Source: Candidatus Multivoradales bacterium (GTDB lineage: Bacteria > Acidobacteriota > Thermoanaerobaculia > Multivoradales > JAHEKO01). Taken from it: a DNA stretch of 64,000 nucleotides. The DNA lies in assembly GCA_965248055.1 (NCBI GenBank), contig CBDFIJ010000004.1, positions 2,304,001 through 2,368,000 on the forward strand, in the 5' to 3' direction. Shown here one piece after another: positions 8,752 to 16,753 of this stretch. The position numbers and the translations under genes are program-made. The stretch's first letter is position 1, and every line of letters starts with the position of its first letter. The notes beneath the pieces were generated by a model that saw only the letters and a program-made list of their open reading frames with translations, was not told the origin of the DNA and did no database searches.

Positions 8752-9705
8752 ATGGCAGCAGAGACGAGCGGCGAAGCGAGGGTCCGCCACCTAGCGCAAT
8801 ATTTTTACTCGCTTCGAATTCAGCGCGGCTATGAGACGGTCGCCGAATACTTACGATTCTATTCGCTGCCGATTAGCGAAGCCTATTATAGGGCTTTGGA
8901 GTCGGGGACGAAGACGGGGCGCGAGGTTGGCATCGAAACGGCTCTGCGCCTTTGCGACGCTTTGGATGCCGACGAAGAACAGTTTTTTCTTCATCTCTTG
9001 CGCGATCTCCTTCCCGTTGAACTCTTTGAGCGGCTTGTTCGACCAATCCCCCTTCGTTCGTTCAAATCCGTGGCCGAGCACCAGGCAGATCTCGAACATG
9101 ATGTGCAGATATATCGTCAGGCTATGGCACAAGCGCGAATGGCGGAGAGCTATTTCCCGTCTCTGGAGGCAGTGGACCATCTGGCTAAGAACACCTCACT
9201 GCTTTCCTATATTCACTTCATTTATCTCTCCGAGAGTTGTACTTTCTCGGAACTCAAAGCATTCCAGCAAGCTGCGAAGCTCGAAGACGATCTGGCCGAC
9301 GTGATTACGGTGTTCAAGGCACTTGACCTGATTGAATTGACCGAGGCTGAAGCGCCAAGCGGTCCAAGGGTTAGGAAAAAACGAGCACTCTTCAGGGTTC
9401 CGCATTCACCAAGCGGACAAACCCTGAAGGATCTTTTCCTAGCGCAAGAGATTCAGCGAAGCTTTACTTCCGAACGCGCCGCTTTGCCATTCCAAGCGGG
9501 CACGAACTCCTTTATTGAGTCGTTTGTCGCGGCCTACAGTGCAAATGCCCACGAGGGACTTCGCCGGCGAGTGCTCGACGTGTTGGCTGAGCTTGCTGCG
9601 CACTCAGAGGACGCGGAGCCGTCTAATGCGGAGCCCTACTTCGTGGCCCTGGTGTTTTCCCCTCGTCCGGAGTATGTTAAAGCTACTAGCAATTTAGGAG
9701 AGTAA
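8752..9705 (+). CDS. putative transcriptional regulator (N-terminal XRE-like HTH)
   Basis: LRIQRGY...ISEAYYRALESG...IETALRLCDAL HTH pattern, followed by a wHTH-like middle region and a C-terminal domain. Confidence 0.6.
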   Translation: MAAETSGEARVRHLAQYFYSLRIQRGYETVAEYLRFYSLPISEAYYRALESGTKTGREVGIETALRLCDALDADEEQFFLHLLRDLLPVELFERLVRPIPLRSFKSVAEHQADLEHDVQIYRQAMAQARMAESYFPSLEAVDHLAKNTSLLSYIHFIYLSESCTFSELKAFQQAAKLEDDLADVITVFKALDLIELTEAEAPSGPRVRKKRALFRVPHSPSGQTLKDLFLAQEIQRSFTSERAALPFQAGTNSFIESFVAAYSANAHEGLRRRVLDVLAELAAHSEDAEPSNAEPYFVALVFSPRPEYVKATSNLGE

Positions 9706-9713
9706 AAGGTTCT

Positions 9714-10427
9714 ATGACGACGGAATTGAAATACTACAGCGACCCATACTGCCAGGAGGTAGATACAATAGTCACCGCGATTGAAGACAAGGGGGGGCGT
9801 GCTGAGGTTGTGGTCGAGACAACTATTTTCTACCCCGAAGGCGGGGGGCAGCCAAGCGACAAGGGCGAGATCAAGGGACCGAACGGCACCCTCCGTGTGG
9901 ACAATGTTCGAGCCCAAGTAGGGGAAGTCACGCACGCTGGCGTGCTCGCTGGAAGGGTTGAAGTTGGCGATCCGGTACACCTCCACCTGAAGTGGAACTA
10001 CCGACTACGCAATATGCGAGTTCACGCTGCTGGTCACTTACTTCATGATGTACTCATGAGCTTGCAGGGAGGTCTCGAACCGCGCAAAGGTGCTCATGGC
10101 AAAAAAGCCTACCTTGAATACGCTGGCGAGATGACTACAGAGATTAAAGAGCAACTAGAAACGGCGATCGATGAGGCCATCAAGGCAGATCTGCCGATAT
10201 CGATGAGGGAGAGTTCCTACGAAGAGATCGTGGAGCAGTGTCGGTTCGTGCCGGATGGGCTTCCGCGAAACAAGCCACTCCGAGTACTCCAGATTGGCGA
10301 GTACGATCCCATGCCCGATGGAGGCGTGCATGTTGCGACAACGGGGGAGATCGGTGCGATAGTGATTCAGGACGTTCGTGTCGAGAATGGCGGGACATTC
10401 ATTCGCTACCGTGTCACAGGAGGGTAA
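9714..10427 (+). CDS. AlaX-type trans-editing aminoacyl-tRNA deacylase (Asp variant)
   Basis: TIFYPEGGGQPSDKG, MRVHAAGHLLH (HxxxH), and PDGGVHV in place of CGGTHV. Confidence 0.88.
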   Translation: MTTELKYYSDPYCQEVDTIVTAIEDKGGRAEVVVETTIFYPEGGGQPSDKGEIKGPNGTLRVDNVRAQVGEVTHAGVLAGRVEVGDPVHLHLKWNYRLRNMRVHAAGHLLHDVLMSLQGGLEPRKGAHGKKAYLEYAGEMTTEIKEQLETAIDEAIKADLPISMRESSYEEIVEQCRFVPDGLPRNKPLRVLQIGEYDPMPDGGVHVATTGEIGAIVIQDVRVENGGTFIRYRVTGG

Positions 10428-10513
10428 GCTGCCATGATCTTTTCTACCTCACAAGGCTCTACCTTCTCAATCCCCTAGCTGCCTTCCTTGGTTAGGTTGC
10501 TCAGTCTCGGACG

Positions 10514-12337
10514 ATGCTGAATGTGAGAGGTCCTCCAATGACTATGATTCCAAATGTCTCAGTTCTGAATAGGAAAAAGGTACTTGTGCTCGGTGGCTAC
10601 GGGATGGTGGGGAGAGCTATCTGCCGGCTTCTGTTGGATCGCGGGCCAGCGGAAATCATCGTGCACTCACAATGGGAGCAAGATGCACTCGCGACCGCAG
10701 AATACCTGCGCAAGATTAGGGACGAACAGACCGGCAGTGCTGGAGCTACTCCTAAGGTGATTCCCTGCCACGGAGATGTCTTTGTCCGAGAGAGCTTCAA
10801 AGATCGCCCTCAATCAGAACTTCTGGCAGATGCAGAAACGCGAGCCGGCTTAATCGAAGATCTACTTGAAGACGTTACTCGCCAGAACGCAGACCGCGGG
10901 GCACTCTGGCGTTTGTTTGAAAAACACCGGCCGAATATCGTTATCGACTGCATCAATACGGCTACTGTCCTGGCCTATGGCAACGTTCACAAGGAAATGC
11001 AGTCTGTCTACAACGCGGTGTCAGACTCGACCATTCTGAGAGAAGAGCTGAAAGAACGCCTGGAGCTTCTTCTCTACAGTCTTCCCGTACCTAGGTTGGT
11101 TAAGCATATGCAGGAGCTGAACCAAGCAGTTCGTGATTTCAAGACAGAGATCTACGTAAAAATCGGCACCACCGGCACCGGAGGAATGGGGATCAATATC
11201 CCCTACACGCATGGAGAAGTGAAGCCTTCCAAGCAATTGATGGGCAAGACAGCGATGGCGGGAGCACACTCGCTGCTGCTGTATCTTCTGTATGCGTCAC
11301 CGGACCCCCCTATCACGCGGGAGATCAAGCCCAGCGCAGCGATAGCGTGGAAGGACATTCAGTTCGGCCAAGTTCGACAGGGCAGAAGGGTGATCGAGTT
11401 AGTTGATTGCCCATGCCCACTAGGCTGTGAGCGCGGCGACCACCTCGAGCGCGTACTCGACGGAGAGGAGGTCGAAACGGTGGTTGATGATGAGGGAGAG
11501 CCCGAGACTCTGCAGGCCGTCTATATAGATACGGGGGAGAACGGCATGTTCTCGCTCGAGGAGTTCCAGGCTATTACCACGCAGCGCCAGATGGAGTTCA
11601 TAACGCCGGAAGAAATTGCAGCAACGGTTGTGGATGAGATCTCAGGTCGCAGCACGGGGCATGACGTCCTGAGTGCGATCCGAACGTCGTCCATGGGACC
11701 CTCGTATCGGGCTGGTTTTCTTCGAGACGTAGCTATTCGGAGAGCGAGAGACCTAGTTCGTAAACACGCAAAGGACGGCGTGGCCTTCGAGTTTCTTGGG
11801 CCGCCGAAGCTCTCGAAATGGCTCTTTGAAGCATACCTGCTGAAGAAAGCGTTCTCGACGTTAGGCAATGTCGTCAAGTCGGAGCCAAAAACGCTCGTAG
11901 AGCGGTGCCTTGACCTAATTGAGAATGATCGAGACTTGAGAGCTCATATTCTCTCGATCGGGCTTCCGATTCTCCTTCCTGACGGCAAGCGCTACCTCCG
12001 AGGGAGGTCCATTTGTCACCCTGATTTTGGAGTCGAGGCTCGGTTGCCCATCGAGCAAGAAGAGCAAGTGGGTCAGTGGGCCGTCGAGGGATGGGTGGAC
12101 CTCCGAGAGGTGAACCTGTCCTGGTGGCGATCGCAGCTTCTTGAGCTGGTCAGAGAGATCGAGTCGATTCCAGAGACGGATCAGCATGCAGCTACCTCTT
12201 TTCATACCAGGACCAACGTCTTCTGGGGTGCGACCGAGGACAAGAGCAAGCTCCACGAACTAGAGTTGGACATAGGAGAGATCGTAGGCTGGCTCTTTGT
12301 TCGACTCGAAGGTGCGCGGCCAGGGCATGAGGACTGA
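10514..12337 (+). CDS. large NAD(P)-binding Rossmann-fold oxidoreductase of unknown function
   Basis: KVLVLGGYGMVG dinucleotide-binding motif; KIGTTGTGGMG, IDTGENG and LGPPKLSK blocks. Start could be 10538. Confidence 0.65.
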   Translation: MLNVRGPPMTMIPNVSVLNRKKVLVLGGYGMVGRAICRLLLDRGPAEIIVHSQWEQDALATAEYLRKIRDEQTGSAGATPKVIPCHGDVFVRESFKDRPQSELLADAETRAGLIEDLLEDVTRQNADRGALWRLFEKHRPNIVIDCINTATVLAYGNVHKEMQSVYNAVSDSTILREELKERLELLLYSLPVPRLVKHMQELNQAVRDFKTEIYVKIGTTGTGGMGINIPYTHGEVKPSKQLMGKTAMAGAHSLLLYLLYASPDPPITREIKPSAAIAWKDIQFGQVRQGRRVIELVDCPCPLGCERGDHLERVLDGEEVETVVDDEGEPETLQAVYIDTGENGMFSLEEFQAITTQRQMEFITPEEIAATVVDEISGRSTGHDVLSAIRTSSMGPSYRAGFLRDVAIRRARDLVRKHAKDGVAFEFLGPPKLSKWLFEAYLLKKAFSTLGNVVKSEPKTLVERCLDLIENDRDLRAHILSIGLPILLPDGKRYLRGRSICHPDFGVEARLPIEQEEQVGQWAVEGWVDLREVNLSWWRSQLLELVREIESIPETDQHAATSFHTRTNVFWGATEDKSKLHELELDIGEIVGWLFVRLEGARPGHED

Positions 12338-12465
12338 GACACGACTGAATTCATCTAGACCGCCAGCGATGGGCGTGGAGAGAACGGGGATCGTCCAATC
12401 ACGGATTCAACGGCGAGAGAGATTGCTCCATGGCGCGTGCCGAAGACCGAAGAGGACCGAGGAAA

Positions 12466-13149
12466 ATGCCGACTGAGAGGCTCTTCTACGCTAGCCAGGC
12501 CATAGCCGGTGAAGCCGTAGTCACAGGTGTTGAAAGCGGAGGTGAGAATGCGAAGGTCTGGCTGAATGCGACCATATTCCATCCGCTCGGCGGCGGTCAG
12601 AGAGCGGATGAAGGACGGATTGGCGATGCTCAAGTCCTCCATGTCTGGGACGACGGAGACGACATCGTGCACGTTGTTGACTGTGTTCGTGATCTGAAGA
12701 TCGGAGATCGAGTACAGCTAGAGGTTGAGGAGGATGCGAGAAGGCTCCACGAGCGCCTTCACTCAGCCGGTCATCTACTGGCGGCGGTGACCAAGGATTT
12801 GATTCCTCATGCCAACACCGTCTGCAAGCACCATTGGCCGAAGGAGGCGTACATGGTGTTCGCCGTCGGCGAGTCCGTTCCCCAAGATAGCCTTAAGAGA
12901 AGACTGGAAGAGGCTCTTCTTGAGCAGATCGAGCAGGCACTGCCAATTCATGCGACTGGCGATGAGTCCACGACACGGGCGATTACGATTACCGGCTACT
13001 CCGCTGTTCTGTGTCGTGGGACACACGTTCAGGCGACCGATGCGCTGGTTCGCGTGAGCGTCCGTTCCATTGACCAGGGGAGCGGAGTGCTGTGCGTTGG
13101 ATACGACGTTCCGCTCGTGACTCCCTCGCGAGAACCCTGGTATGCGTAG
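12466..13149 (+). CDS. second AlaX-type trans-editing deacylase
   Basis: TIFHPLGGGQRADEG, RLHSAGHLL (HxxxH) and CRGTHV (CxxxH). Confidence 0.85.
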   Translation: MPTERLFYASQAIAGEAVVTGVESGGENAKVWLNATIFHPLGGGQRADEGRIGDAQVLHVWDDGDDIVHVVDCVRDLKIGDRVQLEVEEDARRLHERLHSAGHLLAAVTKDLIPHANTVCKHHWPKEAYMVFAVGESVPQDSLKRRLEEALLEQIEQALPIHATGDESTTRAITITGYSAVLCRGTHVQATDALVRVSVRSIDQGSGVLCVGYDVPLVTPSREPWYA

Positions 13150-13182
13150 CACCAGGTTCCGCAAGCCAGCACACGAGGCAAG

Positions 13183-14217
13183 ATGCACGATCTAGAAGAC
13201 ATACACGTCTCGGGGCTTGAGAGAGTGGCCGCGGCTGACTCCCCAGAGTCACTACAAGAAGTGCGATCGGCGCTGATCGGACCGAAGGGCGAGATCGCTG
13301 GTCTGTTTAAAGAGCTGTCTTCAGTGCCCGCTTCCGATCGCAAGTCTCTTGGACGATTACTCAACGAGACCAAGAAGAAATGGGAGGCTGCGATCGCGGA
13401 GCGGCGAGAGTCGATACTTGATGCAGCCTCGGTGATTTCCGAAGGCTTTGACGTCACTCAACCCGGACGACGCCCAGCAACGGGCGGGCTGCACCCGATT
13501 ATTCAGATCATCTACGACTTGAACGATGCTTTTCGTTCGCTTAACTTCGAGCTTTACGAAGGCCCGGAAATCTCGAGTGAGCTCTTCGCGTTCGACGTGC
13601 TTAACTTCCCACCCGATCACCCAGCACGTGAGAGCATGGACACCTATTGGCTTGACGGAGACTCGGATAAGCGCGGCGCAGAGCGGCTCTGTCTGCGACC
13701 ACACTTGACTGGCGGAAGTGTGCGCTATATGCGCACCCACACACCACCCTTTCGCTTTGTCTATCCGGGTCGCGTCTACCGAAATGAGTCGACCGATGCG
13801 AGCCACGAGCGTGCCTTCTTCCAGTATGAAGCTTTGATTGTTGATAGACGGGTTCCATTTTCGGCAGGCCAGGTCATGGTTAACGCGGTTCTTGAAACTG
13901 TCTTTGGCCGAGCAGTTAAGACACGACTGCGTACGGGGTTCTTTCCGTTTGTTGAGCCGGGCTTCGAAATCGATATGCAGTGCCTCGGTTGCGAAGGCTC
14001 CGGCTGCAGTATTTGCAAGCGTGTTGGTTGGTTAGAAGTCATGCCAGGTGGACCGCCACATCCCAATGTTCTCCGAAAGGGAGGCCTCGATCCCAGCAAG
14101 TGGGAAGGCTTCTACGTCAACGTCGGGCTCGATCGACTAGCGATGATGCGATACGGCATCAATGATGTGCGGCTTTTCCACAGTGCCGATTTACGTTTCC
14201 TCTCGCAGTTCAAATAG
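13183..14217 (+). CDS. pheS: phenylalanine-tRNA ligase alpha subunit paralog with remodelled amino-acid pocket
   Basis: GGLHP, HPARES, PGRVYRNE, FFPFVEPG, CxxCxxxGCxxC Zn ribbon, GLDRLAMMRYGI, DLRFLSQF. Pocket motifs are divergent. Confidence 0.9.
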   Translation: MHDLEDIHVSGLERVAAADSPESLQEVRSALIGPKGEIAGLFKELSSVPASDRKSLGRLLNETKKKWEAAIAERRESILDAASVISEGFDVTQPGRRPATGGLHPIIQIIYDLNDAFRSLNFELYEGPEISSELFAFDVLNFPPDHPARESMDTYWLDGDSDKRGAERLCLRPHLTGGSVRYMRTHTPPFRFVYPGRVYRNESTDASHERAFFQYEALIVDRRVPFSAGQVMVNAVLETVFGRAVKTRLRTGFFPFVEPGFEIDMQCLGCEGSGCSICKRVGWLEVMPGGPPHPNVLRKGGLDPSKWEGFYVNVGLDRLAMMRYGINDVRLFHSADLRFLSQFK

Positions 14218-14226
14218 GGCTGAACT

Positions 14227-16653
14227 TTGAGACTCTCTCTTGATTGGGTCGCGGATTATGTAGAGTTGCCTCCGGAACTGAGTGCGGAGGACATCGCGTA
14301 CGCTCTTACGATGGCGACAGTGGAAGTCGAGCAGATCGTCCGACTCGCCAAGCCGCTTGAGCACGTCCGTGTTGCACGGGTGGAGAGCGTCGAACGCCAT
14401 CCAAAAGCGGATCGGCTGTCTGTGGTGCGCTGCAGCATCGGAGACGGCAAAACCGTTGAAGTGGTCTGCGGCGGCACGAACTTGACGCGGCAACAGCTCG
14501 TCGCTCTCGCATTGCCTGGTGCGACAGTGCGCTCTCGCAGCGGCCACGACCAAGTCGCTGTGGTTGAGCGTGAGATCCACGGCGTGGTGAGCTCGGGGAT
14601 GGTGTGTGCCGCTTCCGAACTCGATCTTGAACAACTGTTCACGCCGGGCAGCGAGACCAACGTTATGGACCTTTCTGAACTCGACGTGCGGCCCGGTCAA
14701 GGTCTGGCCGCAGTGATCGGCTTTGACGACGTGGTCCTCGAGATCGACAATAGATCCCTCACTAACCGGCCCGACCTACTCGGACACCGCGGTCTGGCGC
14801 GCGAACTCGCAGCGATCTACGCGCGGCCTCTTGAGTCACTACCGAGGTTTCGGCCTCCCGGGATCGCAGGTGATCTCGCGGTCGACATCGAGGATCCAAG
14901 CCAATGCCGTCGCTACACCGCGACCTGGATCGAAGGTGTGACGGCTACGCCGTCGCCATTCTGGCTACGGAGCCGGCTTGTGCGGGCTGGTCAGCGCCCT
15001 ATCAATCTACCAGTCGATTTGACGAATTACGTCATGCTCGCGCTCGGCCAGCCGAGCCATGCTTTCGATACCGAGCAACTCCGCGGCGCGATCCAGGTTC
15101 GTCGAGCCCGGTACGGCGAGACGTTGGGGCTATTAGATGGTGGAGCGGTGGGGCTTGATGAAAACAGCTTGGTCATCGCTGACGAACGACGTCCAGTTGC
15201 ACTCGCTGGGGTGATGGGCGGTGTCGGCTCCTCAATTTCGAACAAGACGTTGCACATGGTTCTCGAAATAGCAAACTTCGAACCAAGTGGCATTCGGCGA
15301 ACAGCTTCCCGTATGAGCGTGCGTACTGAGAGTTCACGTCGCTTCGACAAAGGCCTCGACCCTAAGCTGGTAGAAGATGCGCTTGCTCTTTTTTTCGATG
15401 TCCTTTCACGAGCGCTACCGGACGCAAGGGCTACCGGATTTGTAGATAACTATCCGGCTCCGTTCGATCCTGTTTTAGTCGAGACGACGGTTGGTTTCAT
15501 TAATCGTCGTTTGGGAGCGTCGCATTCGCAGAGCGAGATTTGTGAAGTGCTTGGACGGCTGGGATTCGACGTGTCCGCAGAGGGTAGCAATCTAGCTGTT
15601 AACGTTCCGTCATGGAGGGCGACCGGAGACGTCTCGTTGCCGGAGGACCTTGTAGAAGAAGTTGGTCGGCTGTTCGGCTACGAGAACCTCGACTTCCAAC
15701 CTCCACAAGTCTATCTAGAGCGCGCAATCCGGCAACCAAAGCTGAGCCTTGATCGTCGCGTCCGAGAGTATCTTGCTGGCCCAGCGGCCATGCAGGAGAT
15801 CGCTAGCTATCCGTGGGTGGAGGATCGTTACCTAGATGCGGTTGGGGCAACGCCACCCCTCCGATTGGTTACCCCTCCAGCACCTACTGCTCATCGGCTG
15901 CAGTCGTCCTTAATTCCGCAGATGTTGTCTGCAGTTGTCTCGAATCTTCGCTTTCTACGGGAGTTTCGACTATTCGAGATGGCGCGGGTTTTTCCTACTC
16001 GGTCCATCGAGCGGCTTGACGAGCACGGAGAGAGACTGCCATATCAGCCCAAGTACGTTGCAGCTGCGCTAGTCGGCAACGACCCCGCCAGACTTTTCCT
16101 GGAAGCGAAAGGCGTCCTCGAGAGTCTTGGTAGGGAGGTGCAAATGGAGCCGCTCAGCCTGTCTACCGATTCTTGCAGTGCATCGTGGGCGGAGCTGACC
16201 GCTCAGATGACTATCAGCTTCGGCGAGCAAGTCATCGGGTGTATGGGTTTGGTCTCAGCGAGGACGATGCGTCTCTCAGGAATCAGGCGCGCACGGGCTG
16301 CGCTGTTTGAGTTTGGACTGGACCTCCTTCGACCGCATCCCTCCCGAGAAAACATCTTCGAACCGATTCCAACTTATCCCCAGAAGGAGTACGATCTCTC
16401 GCTACTCATCCCAGTACACGTCAAATGGACTGATCTTCATCGAACGATGACGGAGGCTCATGAGCTAGTACGGAGCGTTCGTCTAGTTGAGGAGTACGTC
16501 GGCGACCAGGTCCCAGCAGGCAAGAGGTCACTCCTCGTACGCGTAACGATGGGTGCTGCGACCCGCACCCTCGAAGCCAAAGACGTCGATATGGCTGCCT
16601 CTGCTATACTAAAGCGTGCGAATGAAGAATTTGGTGCGGAGCTTCGCAGCTAG
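14227..16653 (+). CDS. pheT: phenylalanine-tRNA ligase beta subunit paralog
   Basis: MRLSLDWV, HPKADRL, NRPDLLGHRGLARE, LAGVMGG, SSRRFDKG, EDLVEEVGRLFGY; C-terminal anticodon-binding domain ending ELRS. Confidence 0.92.
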   Translation: MRLSLDWVADYVELPPELSAEDIAYALTMATVEVEQIVRLAKPLEHVRVARVESVERHPKADRLSVVRCSIGDGKTVEVVCGGTNLTRQQLVALALPGATVRSRSGHDQVAVVEREIHGVVSSGMVCAASELDLEQLFTPGSETNVMDLSELDVRPGQGLAAVIGFDDVVLEIDNRSLTNRPDLLGHRGLARELAAIYARPLESLPRFRPPGIAGDLAVDIEDPSQCRRYTATWIEGVTATPSPFWLRSRLVRAGQRPINLPVDLTNYVMLALGQPSHAFDTEQLRGAIQVRRARYGETLGLLDGGAVGLDENSLVIADERRPVALAGVMGGVGSSISNKTLHMVLEIANFEPSGIRRTASRMSVRTESSRRFDKGLDPKLVEDALALFFDVLSRALPDARATGFVDNYPAPFDPVLVETTVGFINRRLGASHSQSEICEVLGRLGFDVSAEGSNLAVNVPSWRATGDVSLPEDLVEEVGRLFGYENLDFQPPQVYLERAIRQPKLSLDRRVREYLAGPAAMQEIASYPWVEDRYLDAVGATPPLRLVTPPAPTAHRLQSSLIPQMLSAVVSNLRFLREFRLFEMARVFPTRSIERLDEHGERLPYQPKYVAAALVGNDPARLFLEAKGVLESLGREVQMEPLSLSTDSCSASWAELTAQMTISFGEQVIGCMGLVSARTMRLSGIRRARAALFEFGLDLLRPHPSRENIFEPIPTYPQKEYDLSLLIPVHVKWTDLHRTMTEAHELVRSVRLVEEYVGDQVPAGKRSLLVRVTMGAATRTLEAKDVDMAASAILKRANEEFGAELRS

Positions 16654-16753
16654 CGCTTCGAGTTTGCTCAGTGGTGGCGGCTATGCTCCAATGCGATGGA
16701 TTGCCTAGGGAATTGAATGCAACTCCACATTTGGCGTAAGGGAGGAACCGGAG

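Noticed and set aside
12340-12465. Possible cryptic tRNA between the oxidoreductase and AlaX-2 (CGTGGAG/CTCCATG stem, ...CTCCA)
   Set aside because: No T-loop, D-arm or anticodon arm can be drawn, and the spacing is too short.
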